From the NCBI GenBank assembly GCA_040081625.1, contig JBEBGD010000027.1, forward strand, positions 1 to 56,018: a stretch of 56,018 bases of DNA, in the 5' to 3' direction. The notes beneath the pieces were generated by a model. The model was given only the letters and a program-made list of their open reading frames with translations, ran no database searches and was not told where the DNA came from. This document shows positions 9,348 to 19,849 of the stretch, one piece after another. A program made the position numbers and the translations under genes. This DNA comes from Chthoniobacteraceae bacterium (GTDB taxonomy: Bacteria; Verrucomicrobiota; Verrucomicrobiia; Chthoniobacterales; Chthoniobacteraceae). Position 1 is the stretch's first letter. The number at the start of each line of letters is the position of its first letter.

Positions 9348-10505
9348 CTACTTCCAGCCCTTCGGCTTCGGGACTTTCTCCCAGCTCTTCTTTTTCGCCG
9401 AGGCGAGCACGGCATCGACGACGTAGTCGCATGCGAGGCCGTCCTTGAAGTTCGGCCGCGCGCCCTTGCCGCTCTCGAGGCCTTTGATGAACTCGACGAC
9501 CTGGTGCACGAAGCTGTGTTCGTAGCCGAGTTGCAGGCCGGGCACCCACCAGTTCCCGCAGTAGGGATGATCGCCGTCGCTCACGTGGACGCTCTTCCAG
9601 CCGCGCTCGGTGCCTTCGTCGGCGTAGTCGAAAATCTGCAACCGGTGCAGGTCGTGCAGGTCCCACTTGAGGCTCATGTTTTCGCCGTTGATCTCGAAGG
9701 TGTAGAGCGCCTTGTGGCCGCGGGCGTAGCGCGTGGATTCGAAGAGGCCGAGCGAGCCGTTGTCGAAGTGGCACATGAAGCTGCACGCGTCGTCGATCGT
9801 CACCTTCTCGGTCTTGCCGGTGAGCGTGTGCTTGCGCTGCTTGATGAAGGTTTCGGTCATCGCGCACACGTCCTTCACGCCGCCATTCAGCCACATCGCG
9901 GTGTCGATGCAGTGCGCGAGCAAGTCGCCGGTCACGCCGCTGCCGGAGACCTTCGCATCGAGGCGCCACAGGCCGGTGCCGCCTTGCGGGAGGTCGGGGC
10001 TGATCGTCCAGTCCTGGAGGAAGTTCGCGCGGTAGTGGAAGACGCGGCCGAGCTTGCCGGAGTCGATGATCTGCTTCGCGAGCGTGACGGCGGGGCAGCG
10101 GCGGTAGTTATACCACACCATGTTCGGCACCTTCGCCTTCTCGACGGCCTCGACCATCTTCAGCGCATCGGGCGCGTTCAAGCCGAGCGGCTTTTCGCAG
10201 AGGATCGCTTTGCCGGCTTTCGCGGCGGCGATGGCTTGCTCGCCGTGGAGATTGTTCGGCGTGGCGATGTCGATCACGTCGATGTCGTCGCGCGCGATGA
10301 GCTTTTTCCAGTCGGTCTCGATGGACTTGTAGCCCCACTTGTCCGCGAAAGTCTGCGCGGCTTTCGCGTCGCGTCCGCAGACGGCCTGCAGCACGACATC
10401 GTAGCTGCTGGGGAAAAAATGCCCGACCTGGGCGTAGGCGTTCGAATGAGCGCGGCCCATGAAGCCGTAGCCGATGAGTCCGATGCGAAGTTGTTTTTTG
10501 GCCAT
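9348..10505 (-). CDS. Gfo/Idh/MocA family oxidoreductase
   Basis: [29 protein letters not shown]; start MAKKQLR at 10505. Confidence 0.92.
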   Translation of the reverse strand: MAKKQLRIGLIGYGFMGRAHSNAYAQVGHFFPSSYDVVLQAVCGRDAKAAQTFADKWGYKSIETDWKKLIARDDIDVIDIATPNNLHGEQAIAAAKAGKAILCEKPLGLNAPDALKMVEAVEKAKVPNMVWYNYRRCPAVTLAKQIIDSGKLGRVFHYRANFLQDWTISPDLPQGGTGLWRLDAKVSGSGVTGDLLAHCIDTAMWLNGGVKDVCAMTETFIKQRKHTLTGKTEKVTIDDACSFMCHFDNGSLGLFESTRYARGHKALYTFEINGENMSLKWDLHDLHRLQIFDYADEGTERGWKSVHVSDGDHPYCGNWWVPGLQLGYEHSFVHQVVEFIKGLESGKGARPNFKDGLACDYVVDAVLASAKKKSWEKVPKPKGWK

Positions 10506-10631
10506 GATGATGTGGTGAGGTGAAGGGGCGCGAAGACAGCACATCCGCGCACCTTCGCGCAAGCCTCTCGTTTGCATTTTCGCGTTCGCACTTCCCACCG
10601 TGCGCGCGCTGCGTATGGTCCGCGACCTCCG

Positions 10632-11966
10632 ATGAAATTCCGTCACGTAGCAGCCCTTTCGGTTGTCGCCGCGCTCGCGTTTGCGGGGTGCGACAAGATC
10701 AAGCAATACAACCCATTCGTGAAGAAGCAGCCGGCGACTCCCGCGCCCGCACCCGCGGTCGAGCCAGTCGTCGCCAAGCCCGCGGCCAAGCCGGCTACGA
10801 AACCAGCCGCCGAGCCGCTCGCCGACGCGAGTCCCGCCGAGCCCGCGCCTGCTGCGGCGACTCCGCCGCCGAAGCCCGCGCCGCCGGTCATCGACAAGTC
10901 CGCGCAGGTCGTCGTCATTTGCTACCATCGGCTCGAGGGCAGAGCGGGCGGCGGGCTCTCGATCGAGCCGGCACTGTTTGAGAAGCACATGCAGGAGCTC
11001 AAGGACAAGAACATCCCGGTCATCTCGATGAACGACTTCCTCGCGTGGCGGAAAAACGAGAAGAGCATCCCGCCCAAGTGCGCGATCCTCACCATCGACG
11101 ACGGCTACGAATCCGGGATGCGCGTCGGCGTGCCGATTCTTAAGAAGTTCGGCTACACCGCGACGTATTACATCTACACGACCTACGTGAACTCAGGCGG
11201 CAAGTCGCTGAGTTGGGGCCAACTCGCCGAGTTGCGCGACGAAGGTTTCGACATCGGCAGCCACACCGTTTCGCACCAGGACCTGCGCCGGAAGCCCTCG
11301 AAGGCGAAGTTTCCCGACTACGACTCGTGGCTGAAGGACGAGATGGAGACCTCCAAGCGACTGATCGAGGAGAATCTCGGCATCCGCGTCACGACGATCG
11401 CGTATCCGTTCGGTCTCCACAATTCGAAGGTCCATGCTGCGACGCAGGCCGCCGGCTACGAGCTGGGTTTCACCGTCTATGGCCAGCGCGTCGGGCATGA
11501 CGCAGCACCTTACACCATCGGCCGCTACGACGTGACGGCGAAGGACGCGCAAGGCAACGACGGCTTCACCGCGGCGATCAGCTTCCAGGGCCCCGCGTCC
11601 TCATCCGCGCCGGTGCTCGGGGTCGACGCGCAGTCGATGATGGTGACCGAGCCGATGAACGGCTCGGTGATCAACGAGGCCAAGCCGACCTTGCGCGCGA
11701 ACCTCGCCTCGCTCGGCGCGCTCGACGCCGGCAGTGTCGAGATGCGCGTGAGCGGCTTTGGGCTCGTGCCCGCGCAGTTCGACGCGAACTCGAAGGCGAT
11801 CACCTACACTTTCCAGCAGCCACTGCGGCCCGGGACCGTGACGGTGATCATCTCCGGCAAGGCCAGGGGCCAGCGGGTCGAGACGAAGTGGAGCTTCAAA
11901 TACGACCCCGCGGCGAAGCCTGCGGAGTTGGAAGCCCCCGCCGAGCTGCCCCCGCGCAAGCCGTAG
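10632..11966 (+). CDS. Polysaccharide deacetylase lipoprotein with Pro/Ala linker and C-terminal beta domain
   Basis: Lipobox FAGC; ICYH, LTIDDGY, GSHTVSH, IAYPFG (NodB motifs). Confidence 0.9.
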   Translation: MKFRHVAALSVVAALAFAGCDKIKQYNPFVKKQPATPAPAPAVEPVVAKPAAKPATKPAAEPLADASPAEPAPAAATPPPKPAPPVIDKSAQVVVICYHRLEGRAGGGLSIEPALFEKHMQELKDKNIPVISMNDFLAWRKNEKSIPPKCAILTIDDGYESGMRVGVPILKKFGYTATYYIYTTYVNSGGKSLSWGQLAELRDEGFDIGSHTVSHQDLRRKPSKAKFPDYDSWLKDEMETSKRLIEENLGIRVTTIAYPFGLHNSKVHAATQAAGYELGFTVYGQRVGHDAAPYTIGRYDVTAKDAQGNDGFTAAISFQGPASSSAPVLGVDAQSMMVTEPMNGSVINEAKPTLRANLASLGALDAGSVEMRVSGFGLVPAQFDANSKAITYTFQQPLRPGTVTVIISGKARGQRVETKWSFKYDPAAKPAELEAPAELPPRKP

Positions 11967-11974
11967 CTGTGGGC

Positions 11975-12010
11975 TGGACAGGGGGCGTTTCGGGGCTAGC
12001 TTCCGCGCCC
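11975..12010 (+). promoter_or_regulatory. Putative sigma70-type promoter of ffh-rpsP
   Basis: TGGACA(11975)-N16-TAGCTT(11997)-CCGCGCCC. Confidence 0.55.
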
Positions 12011-12020
12011 TTTTTCCGCC

Positions 12021-13358
12021 GTGTTTTCACTCCTCGCCGACAAGCTTCAGGACATCTTCAAGGACCTCCGTGGTCAGGGGAAGATCACGGAGTCGAACAT
12101 CACCGAAGCGATGCGCGCGGTGCGCATGGCGTTGCTCGAGGCGGACGTTCACTTTCAGGTCGCGAAGGATTTCATCGCCCGGGTGAAGGAAAAGGCGCTC
12201 GGCGAGGAGGTGCTGCGCACCGTTTCGCCCGGCCAGCAGATCGTCAAAATCTTCCACGACGAACTGACCGCGCTGCTCGGCGGCGACTCCGCTCCGCTCG
12301 ATCTCGAGAAGCCCGCGCGCATCCTCATGGTCGGGCTGAACGGCGCGGGCAAGACGACCTCTTCTGCGAAGCTCGCGAACCTTTTGAAGAAGCAGGGCAA
12401 GGCGCCGGTGCTCATCGCATGCGATCTCCAGCGCCCGGCGGCGATCGAGCAGCTCGCGTCGCTCGGCCGGCAGATCGGCGTGCCCGTCTTCACCCCGCCG
12501 GCAGATGATAAGGACGTGCTCAAGGCCGCGAAGCTCGCGCTCGCGTGGCTCGAGCAGACGCCGCACGACGTGGTCATCTACGACACCGCGGGCCGGCAGG
12601 AGATCGACGAGCCGCTCGTCGCGGAGCTGAAGCAGCTCAAGGAATTCCTCGCACCGCGCGAAGTGCTGCTCGTCGCCGATTCTGCCACCGGCCAGCAGGC
12701 GGTCAGCGTCGCCACGCATTTCCACGACGCGCTCGGCGTCACCGGCCTCGTGCTCACGAAGCTCGACGGCGATGCGCGCGGTGGCGCGGCGCTCTCCATG
12801 CGCTCGGTCACCCAGCGGCCGATCAAGTTCGCCGGCGTGGGCGAAAAGATCGACCAATTCGAGGTATTCCATCCCGAGCGGCTCGCCGGCCGCATCCTCG
12901 GCATGGGCGACATCGTCTCGCTGGTCGAGAAGGCCGCGGAGGCGATCGACGAGGACGAGGCGCGCCGGATGGAGGAGAAGCTGCGCAAGGCGACCTTCGA
13001 CCTGAACGACTTCCTCTCGCAGTTCAAAATGATGCGCCGGCTGGGGCCGCTGGAAAACCTCCTTGCGATGATCCCCGGCATGGGCAACCTCAAGGGTGTC
13101 TCGGTTGACGAGAAACAGATCAAGCGAATCGAAGCCATCGTGCTCTCGATGACGCTCGGCGAACGGACAAACCCGGACATCCTCAATGCCCGCCGTCGCC
13201 AGCGCGTCGCCCGCGGCTCTGGAACCACCGTCCCCGAGGTCAATGATCTCATCAACCGCTTTGGCCAGATGCGGAAGATGATGAAACAGATGGGCAATCC
13301 CCGAATGATGAAAGAAATGGCGCGCCAGGCCCAGCGCTCCGGCTTCCCGCGCCGCTAG
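12021..13358 (+). CDS. ffh: Signal recognition particle protein Ffh
   Basis: ALLEADV, GLNGAGKTT, DTAGR, TKLDGDARGGAALS, RILGMGD, Met-rich M domain. Confidence 0.98.
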   Translation: MFSLLADKLQDIFKDLRGQGKITESNITEAMRAVRMALLEADVHFQVAKDFIARVKEKALGEEVLRTVSPGQQIVKIFHDELTALLGGDSAPLDLEKPARILMVGLNGAGKTTSSAKLANLLKKQGKAPVLIACDLQRPAAIEQLASLGRQIGVPVFTPPADDKDVLKAAKLALAWLEQTPHDVVIYDTAGRQEIDEPLVAELKQLKEFLAPREVLLVADSATGQQAVSVATHFHDALGVTGLVLTKLDGDARGGAALSMRSVTQRPIKFAGVGEKIDQFEVFHPERLAGRILGMGDIVSLVEKAAEAIDEDEARRMEEKLRKATFDLNDFLSQFKMMRRLGPLENLLAMIPGMGNLKGVSVDEKQIKRIEAIVLSMTLGERTNPDILNARRRQRVARGSGTTVPEVNDLINRFGQMRKMMKQMGNPRMMKEMARQAQRSGFPRR

Positions 13359-13373
13359 GCGCAAACAGACTCC

Positions 13374-13398
13374 AAACCCGAAACCCGAAACCCGAAAC
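13374..13398 (+). repeat. Tandem heptamer (AAACCCG)x3 plus partial unit
   Basis: Seen directly between ffh and rpsP. Confidence 0.8.
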
Positions 13399-13406
13399 AA
13401 ACCGAA

Positions 13407-13670
13407 ATGGTCCGCATCCGACTCCGCCGCGAAGGCACTAAGAACAAACCGTATTACCGCATCGTCGTCGCCGACGGTCGCAGCCCGCGCGATGGAAAAT
13501 TCATCGAGCTGATCGGCACCTACGATCCGAAGAAAGAGGGCGAGAACTACAGCATCAAGCTCGACCGCGCCGAATACTGGATCCAGCAGGGTGCAAAGGC
13601 GAGCGAGACGGTCGCGAGCTTCATCAAGAAGACGCGCCGCTCGCTGAAGAAAGCGGTTGTCGCAGCTTAG
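13407..13670 (+). CDS. rpsP: 30S ribosomal protein S16
   Basis: MVRIRLRR...PYYRIVVADGRSPRDGKFIELIGTYDP. Confidence 0.98.
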   Translation: MVRIRLRREGTKNKPYYRIVVADGRSPRDGKFIELIGTYDPKKEGENYSIKLDRAEYWIQQGAKASETVASFIKKTRRSLKKAVVAA

Positions 13671-13701
13671 GCTGCTTCGCGCATTCTCAACTTGTAACGT
13701 C

Positions 13702-13725
13702 AAGCCGGGAGCGATCCCGGCTTTT
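13702..13725 (+). terminator. Intrinsic terminator after rpsP, possibly bidirectional with the convergent tRNA
   Basis: AAGCCGGGA-GCGA-TCCCGGCTT-TT: 9-bp stem, GNRA loop, short U run. Confidence 0.75.
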
Positions 13726-13738
13726 CGTGTTTCTGGCG

Positions 13739-13810
13739 TGGGCGGTGAGGGATTCGAACCCCCGACCAACTCGGTGTAAACGAGACGCTCTACCGCTGAG
13801 CTAACCGCCC
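13739..13810 (-). tRNA. tRNA-Val(TAC), CCA not encoded
   Basis: GGGCGGT TA GCTC AGCGGTA GAGC G TCTCG TTTACAC CGAGT TGGTC GGGGG TTCGAAT CCCTC ACCGCCC A folds as a cloverleaf with anticodon TAC. Confidence 0.96.
13771..13810. repeat. att core, left copy (tRNA nt 1-40, inside the intact tRNA)
   Basis: TCGGTGTAAACGAGACGCTCTACCGCTGAGCTAACCGCCC, identical to 41022-41061. Confidence 0.95.
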
Positions 13811-13878
13811 AAGACGCTGATTCTCATGGAGTAAGCAGCGGAACCCATACCCTCAAATTCGCCGTTGTATACTGCAGG

Positions 13879-14320
13879 ATGGCGCGCAACGAAAGCGACG
13901 TCTGCACAGCGCGGGCAGTTTGAGTAGGTTGGGGAGTGCCTTTATCGCTACTCATCGACGGGCGCCTACTTTGCGGTGCTCCGGCACTCAGGCAAGCTCA
14001 TCCGGCGAAGTCTCCAAACGGATGACCGGGCGCTAGCCAAGCGTCGGCTTGCGGATTTTAGGGGCACGCTGGAGCGCATCGACCCGAAGGCCGGGCGGGT
14101 CACCGTCGCGGAGTTGGTCGACCGGTTCATGTCCACGATCGGGCACCTCGCGGAAAAGACCCGTCGGAGCAAGGTTACGATCACGAACCGCATCAAGTCG
14201 GACTGGCCAGGCGGTGCATCGATGCTTGTGCGGGACGTGCGCGAGTCTCACGTGAGGACATGCTTGAGTGAAGACGCCGCTTCACATCCTCGGCGCCTGA
14301 TTGAACTGCCGATTCGGTGA
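13879..14320 (+). pseudogene. Tyrosine integrase N-terminal remnant
   Basis: QFE*VGECLYRYSSTGAYFAVLRHSGKLIRRSLQTDDRALAKRRLADF resembles an arm-binding N-terminus. In-frame TAG at 13925-13927, ATG 13879 out of frame, no catalytic R-H-R-Y domain. Confidence 0.75.
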
Positions 14321-14633
14321 ACTGGATCGTGTGGTGGCGGGCGTAACGGGCAGTTTATCCTCAGTCGGCGCTGACAACGCCACGGACACGATACACGCCG
14401 GCGCGTGGAGGAAGAGTGGCAGTTTTGTCACGCAAGCGATGCTACCGGCATGGAAAGATGGCGTCCATCCCGGCTGGCACCTCTAAAGTCGAAACGTAAA
14501 ATGCAGCTTCCTCATAGAATTGGAATGATGCCCCACTCAAGTGCGACGATCTCGGAAATAGATCTCCTCTCCCTCACGAGCATCACTTCGATCACACGTC
14601 CGCGGCCAGCGCCTCTGATTCAGCACGGTGGCG

Positions 14634-14790
14634 CTACCACAGCAGCTTCCCTCCATCGAGCACGAGCACGCTGCTGGTCATGAAGCTGCTCGCGTCGCTC
14701 GCGGGATAGACCGCCATCTCGCCGGTCGCCCTAGCGGCCCATCGGGATGGATGCGGCGGACTCGGCGTCGAACTCGTTTCGCTCGCGACT
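14634..14790 (-). pseudogene. SDR oxidoreductase C-terminal remnant
   Basis: ASIPMGR*GD, then a frameshift to AVYPASDASSFMTSSVLVLDGGKLLW*, the typical SDR C-terminus. 5' boundary approximate. Confidence 0.65.
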
Positions 14791-14928
14791 GCACGCGGCG
14801 ACGGGGGAAGACCACGGGCGTGTCCTTGCCGACTCGGACCTTTGGCTTGATGCGTCTTCCTCACTTCATACAAACACAGCATCGGAGCTGGGAGCCGCAC
14901 GGCGGAACAGCGAACCGGCCTATCACGT

Positions 14929-16050
14929 ATGCCACGCACCCCCCACGATCATCTCACTCGACGCCACCTTCTCAAACTCGCCAGCCTGAGCGCGGCTGGT
15001 ATTGCGCTCGACGGGCTGCGCGCCGCCGAGCCGCGGGCCAGCGGGCCGGGCGATTCGACCACGGCTGATCCGCGAATCCGCGGACCGTTTCCGATCCTTT
15101 CGACGCCCTTCAGCGAGGCGGGTGAGGTGGACTTCGAGGTGCTTGCCCGTCAGGCCCGTTTCGTGGATTGGGGCGGGTGTCCCGGCATGATCTGGCCGCA
15201 GTCGGGCGACAGCGTCGATCTCCTGACCAACGACGAAAAGCTGCGCGGGATGGAAGTGCTGGCGGAAGCATCGCGCGGTCTGCGCACGGCGCTCTGCCTC
15301 GGCGTTCAGGGAAAAAATACGGAGGAGATGCTCGTCTTCGCGCGACATGCCGAGAAACTCGCGCCGGCGGCGATCATCTCGCGGCCGCCGGACTCGGGCC
15401 GGACGGAAGACGACTTGCGCCAGTATTGGCGCGCGCTGGCGGCGGTCGCGACGCGGCCGGTGATTCTCCAGACCACCGGCGGGGTCGCCTACAAGGGACC
15501 GATTCCCCCGGTGCGGCTGCTCATCGAACTCGCGAAGGAGTTTCCGCATTTCGGCTACATCAAGGAGGAAGCCGCGCCGGTCATCGCCCGCACGCGGGAG
15601 TTGCTCGCCGCGAGACCGCCGATCCGGCGCGTCTTCAGCGCCCGCGGCGCTCACGCCTGGCTCTATGAATCGCATCTCGGCACCGAAGGCCTGATCACCG
15701 AGCGCGCGGTTTACGCCGATGTCCTCGCGCGCATCTGGGAGTTGCAGCAGAGCGGCGGGGACGCGGAGACCCGCGACATGCACGCGAAGCTGCTGCTCGT
15801 GTTCAACCTGGGCCAGCATCTCCCCGGCGGCGATCTGCGCGGCTTTCAGCTCCACCTTTGGAAAAAGCGCGGCGTGTTCAAAAACTTGGTCTCCCGTCAA
15901 TACGGCCCCAATAAAACGATATCCGCGAAGCCGATCTTTTCGGAGCTGAAACTGAACGCGGAAGAGATCGCGGAGATCGACTTCCGCTTCGAGGCGTTGA
16001 AGCCGTATCTGAAATCCAACCCGCCCCGCTTCGACACCACGACGAAGTAG
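14929..16050 (+). CDS. Dihydrodipicolinate synthase (DapA/NanA) family protein with Tat-like signal
   Basis: TRRHLLK; PILSTPFSEAGEVDFE; YIKEE carrying the Schiff-base Lys. Confidence 0.8.
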   Translation: MPRTPHDHLTRRHLLKLASLSAAGIALDGLRAAEPRASGPGDSTTADPRIRGPFPILSTPFSEAGEVDFEVLARQARFVDWGGCPGMIWPQSGDSVDLLTNDEKLRGMEVLAEASRGLRTALCLGVQGKNTEEMLVFARHAEKLAPAAIISRPPDSGRTEDDLRQYWRALAAVATRPVILQTTGGVAYKGPIPPVRLLIELAKEFPHFGYIKEEAAPVIARTRELLAARPPIRRVFSARGAHAWLYESHLGTEGLITERAVYADVLARIWELQQSGGDAETRDMHAKLLLVFNLGQHLPGGDLRGFQLHLWKKRGVFKNLVSRQYGPNKTISAKPIFSELKLNAEEIAEIDFRFEALKPYLKSNPPRFDTTTK

Positions 16051-16052
16051 CC

Positions 16053-19000
16053 ATGCAAACGAGGCTTCTCCTTTTCACACTGCGCTCATCCTTTCTCGCG
16101 GCGCTCGGAGTTCTTCTCGTGGCTTCCGTTCCCGCAGGCCGGGGGGCGGATTCTCCGCTGGTCGAGCGCTTCGATTTTGGGACCGAGGAGCTGGGACCGC
16201 TGGTGCCGCGGGGCGACATCGTGCGCGATCAGGCGGGACCGCGGCCGCCGGAGTTTCCGAATCTGGAGGCGGATAACACGGCGGTGCAGTTGAAGGGCAA
16301 CGGTGCGCGCTTTGAGATCAAAGACCCGGGGCCGCAGAGCCGGTATGACTTCACCAATGGCGACGCGATCACCCTCGAGGCGCGGATCAAGGTCGAGTCG
16401 CTGCGCACGGGGCAGCCCGCCTACATCATCGGCAAGGGGCGCACGCTTTCGCCGCGCTTCGGCAAGGACAATCAAAACTGGTCGCTGCGGGTGGTCGGCG
16501 CGCAGGGCGGGCAGGCGCAGTTGAGCTTCCTGTTCAGCAGCACGGCGGGCGGGGGCGTCTTTCGCTGGCATCGCTGGACTTCGGACGCGGCGCTGCGCAT
16601 CGCCGCGGGGTGGCATCATGTGGCGATCGCGTATGAGTTTGGAAAACCGGAGAGCATCAAGGGCTGGATCGACGGCCAGGCCACGGCGGGAAAATGGGAT
16701 GCGGACGGCCCCACCGCCGATCCGCCGGTGGTGGATGATGACGATGTGTGGATCGGCACGTCGCTGAACGGCAACACGGGCAACAGCTTCATCGGGATGA
16801 TCGACATGGTGGCCATTCACCGGCAGCGCGTCCCGGATGCGGAAATGGCCAGCCGCTTTCAGCGAAAGGGCGGCCCGCTGGTCGTGGCGCCCGCGAAGGC
16901 GGAAATGCCAAAGCTGGGGCCGATCGCCGGCGGGAAGGTGCTCGTGCAGTTCAGCGAAGGACTGGCCGCCTTCAACCGCTGGCCCGGCGCGGCGGAAATG
17001 CCTGCGGAGACGGAGCGCTGGATGAGCGATGTGTTCCTCCTGCCGCGCATCCCGCTGCGCCATGACGACTGGGGCATCCGCTCGGACTGGAAGGCGCCGC
17101 TGCTGCTACGGCTGGCGGCAGATGTGGAACTGCCGCAGGGATCGCGGCGGTTCCTCCTCCGCGCCCGCGCGCTGGCCCGCCTGTGGGTGGACGGGGTGAT
17201 GATCGCCGAAACGAAGCCCGCGGACGCGAGCACCCCGAACGGACACGAGTCCGTCACGCCGCTGGCGGAGCCGCCGCTGCCGGGGCTGCGGGTGAAGGAC
17301 TACCATCATCAGGAGGTCTTCGGCACGGTGCCGCTTGCGCGGAAAGAGCCCGCGCGGGTGGTGCTGGAGGTCGTCGTCGGTGGCAAAAACCAGCGCACCG
17401 AAACGGGCGAAGTGTGTGTGGCCATCGCGACGGAAGACGGGAAGTCGTTTTCCATTCTCCGCGCTGGCAGCGAGCCTGGCCTGCCTTTGACGGATGCCGC
17501 CGTCGAGCCTGTGCTGGCTCAACTCGAAAAGGCATTGTCGGATCGGGACGATGCCAGCCGCCGGGCTGCGGCGCGGTCCCGCGATGCGTTCTGGCAGAAG
17601 CGCCATGACATCGCGCGTGAATGGATGGCAAAGAATCCTCCGCCCTCGCCGCCGATGGGCGGGCATCCGGTCGATGCCTTCATCGACGCGAAAATCGAGG
17701 CGGCGCTCGCCTTGAATGCCGCTCCGTCAGGCGACTCGGGCGCTTTCCGAAAGGACATCCTGCCCATCCTTCAGGACAACTGCTTCCGCTGCCACGGCGA
17801 AAAAAACAAAGGCGGGCTGAAGCTGAATTCGCGCGAGGCCGCGCTGCGCGGAGGCGATTCGGAGATTCCCTCCATCGTGCCGGGCAAGCCCGACGCCAGC
17901 GAGCTGCTCGTGCGCCTTCGCACCGCGGACGAAGACCTCGTCATGCCGCCTTCGGGAGAGCCGCTGAGCAAAGCGCAAATCGCCACGCTGGAGGCGTGGA
18001 TTCGTGATGGAGCGGTCTGGCCATCTGCGACGGTGGCTCCCGCGAAGCTCGCCAAGTCTGCCTTCACCAGCGACGAGGCGTTTCTCCGCCGGATCTCCCT
18101 CGATCTCATCGGCCTGCCGCTCACGAGCGCGGAGGCCCGCGCTTTTCTCGAAGACACGTCGCCCGACAAACGAACCCGTCTGATTAATCGCCTGCTCGCC
18201 GACGAGCGGTGGGTCGGACAGCAGATGGGCGACTGGCTCGATTTGCTGGCCGAGAATCCCACGCTCATCAACGCCTCGCTCAACAGCACCGGCCCCTTTC
18301 GCTGGTTCCTGCTCGATGCCCTGCGCGATGGCAAGGGGCTCGACCGCATGGTCACCGAGCTGATGATGATGCGCGGTGATGTCGGGCACGGCGGCAGCGT
18401 GGGTTTTGCGCTGGCAGGGGAAAATGACGCGCCCCTTGCCGCCAAGGGCCACATCATCGCTTCCGCGTTTCTGGGCATCGAGATGCAGTGCGCGCGCTGC
18501 CACGATTCGCCCTTCCACAGCACCACGCAGCGCGACCTCTATTCGCTGGCGGCGATGCTTTCCCGCAAGACGATGACGGTGCCCGCGACGAGCCGGGTTC
18601 CGGCCGCGTTCTTTGAGAAAAAGGGCCGCGAATCGCTCATCAAAGTCACGCTCAAGCCCGACGAACCGGTCACTCCCGAGTGGCCCTTTGCCGCCGCCAC
18701 GGGCGCGGCCGATGGGAGCGGCATCGATCGCCTGATGGACGATCCGAAAGACACGCGGGAACGCTTCGCCGCCCTCGTCACCTCGCCGGAAAACCGGCGC
18801 TTTGCGCGCGTCTTTGTGAACCGCATCTGGAAGCGGCTCATGGGCTCCGGCTTTGTCGAGCCTGCCCACGACTGGGAAGCCCGCGATGTCAGCCACCCCG
18901 AGCTGCTCGACTGGCTGGCCGGTGATTTCGTGGCTCACGGCTACGATCCCCGGCGGCTCATGCGGCTCATCACCACCTCCGCCGCCTATCGACGCGAGCC

Positions 19001-19784
19001 TGCCAGCGAGAACCTGACCGCGCTTCCGGCGAACGAGCGTTTTTTCAGCGCACCGGGCCGCCGCCGCCTGTCCGCCGAACAGATTGTGGATTCGCTGCAC
19101 GCCGCCGCCGGAAAGCCGATCGACTCCGAGGAGATCACCTTCGTCCACGATGGCCGTCATACGCTGGACCGAAGACAAACCCTGGGCGTGCCCCGCCGCG
19201 CGTGGATGTTTGCCAGCCTCAACAACGAACGCGACCGCCCGAGCCTCGCGCTGCCCCACGCGCAGACGACGGTGGACGTGCTGGAGGCCTTCGGATGGAA
19301 CGGCTCGCGGCAGATGCCCATCTTCGAGCGCTCCACGGACCCGAATCTTTTGCAGCCCGGCATCCTCGCCAACGGCCCGCTGGTGCAGGCGCTGTCACGC
19401 GCCTCGTGGCGCAGCGAGCTGGCCGGGCTCGCGGTGAAAGCGAAGTCGCCCGACGCACTCATCGACGAGATTTTCCTGCGCTTCCTCAGTCGCCAGCCGC
19501 GCCCTGCGGAACGCGCCGCCTTCCTGCCCGCCCTGCGCGAAGGATTCGAGACGCGACTCGTTCCCGCAGCCGAACAAGTCATCCCGAAAGCACCGGAGCC
19601 TCTGCCGCTGGTGACGTGGCTGAATCACGTCAGCCCCGAGGCCAACTCCATCCAGCTCGAGGTGGAAAAGCGCGTCCGGCAAGGCCAGCCCGCCGATCCC
19701 CGCCTGCGCGGCGCATGGCGGGAAATCTACGAAGACCTCGTCTGGAGCGTTATCAATGACCGGGAGTTCGTCTGGATTCCTTGA
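16053..19784 (+). CDS. DUF1553 protein: LamG + planctomycete cytochrome c + DUF1549/DUF1553
   Basis: WHHVAI (LamG), NCFRCHG, MPP, FLRRISLDLIG, MQCARCHD, NRIWKRLMG, SHPELLDWLA, RRLSAEQIVDS. Confidence 0.9.
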   Translation: MQTRLLLFTLRSSFLAALGVLLVASVPAGRGADSPLVERFDFGTEELGPLVPRGDIVRDQAGPRPPEFPNLEADNTAVQLKGNGARFEIKDPGPQSRYDFTNGDAITLEARIKVESLRTGQPAYIIGKGRTLSPRFGKDNQNWSLRVVGAQGGQAQLSFLFSSTAGGGVFRWHRWTSDAALRIAAGWHHVAIAYEFGKPESIKGWIDGQATAGKWDADGPTADPPVVDDDDVWIGTSLNGNTGNSFIGMIDMVAIHRQRVPDAEMASRFQRKGGPLVVAPAKAEMPKLGPIAGGKVLVQFSEGLAAFNRWPGAAEMPAETERWMSDVFLLPRIPLRHDDWGIRSDWKAPLLLRLAADVELPQGSRRFLLRARALARLWVDGVMIAETKPADASTPNGHESVTPLAEPPLPGLRVKDYHHQEVFGTVPLARKEPARVVLEVVVGGKNQRTETGEVCVAIATEDGKSFSILRAGSEPGLPLTDAAVEPVLAQLEKALSDRDDASRRAAARSRDAFWQKRHDIAREWMAKNPPPSPPMGGHPVDAFIDAKIEAALALNAAPSGDSGAFRKDILPILQDNCFRCHGEKNKGGLKLNSREAALRGGDSEIPSIVPGKPDASELLVRLRTADEDLVMPPSGEPLSKAQIATLEAWIRDGAVWPSATVAPAKLAKSAFTSDEAFLRRISLDLIGLPLTSAEARAFLEDTSPDKRTRLINRLLADERWVGQQMGDWLDLLAENPTLINASLNSTGPFRWFLLDALRDGKGLDRMVTELMMMRGDVGHGGSVGFALAGENDAPLAAKGHIIASAFLGIEMQCARCHDSPFHSTTQRDLYSLAAMLSRKTMTVPATSRVPAAFFEKKGRESLIKVTLKPDEPVTPEWPFAAATGAADGSGIDRLMDDPKDTRERFAALVTSPENRRFARVFVNRIWKRLMGSGFVEPAHDWEARDVSHPELLDWLAGDFVAHGYDPRRLMRLITTSAAYRREPASENLTALPANERFFSAPGRRRLSAEQIVDSLHAAAGKPIDSEEITFVHDGRHTLDRRQTLGVPRRAWMFASLNNERDRPSLALPHAQTTVDVLEAFGWNGSRQMPIFERSTDPNLLQPGILANGPLVQALSRASWRSELAGLAVKAKSPDALIDEIFLRFLSRQPRPAERAAFLPALREGFETRLVPAAEQVIPKAPEPLPLVTWLNHVSPEANSIQLEVEKRVRQGQPADPRLRGAWREIYEDLVWSVINDREFVWIP

Positions 19785-19797
19785 CTCATCACATTCG

Positions 19798-19849
19798 TGT
19801 TTCATACATGAAACAAACATGTTGACGACACAATTTAGGGGCGTATTCT
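19798..19849 (+). promoter_or_regulatory. Palindromic operator and sigma70 promoter of the HTH-GTPase/YhcG cassette
   Basis: TGTTTCAT-AC-ATGAAACA (19798-19815); AACATGTT (19816-19823) overlapping TTGACG(19822)-N16-TATTCT(19844); ATG begins at 19859. Confidence 0.7.
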
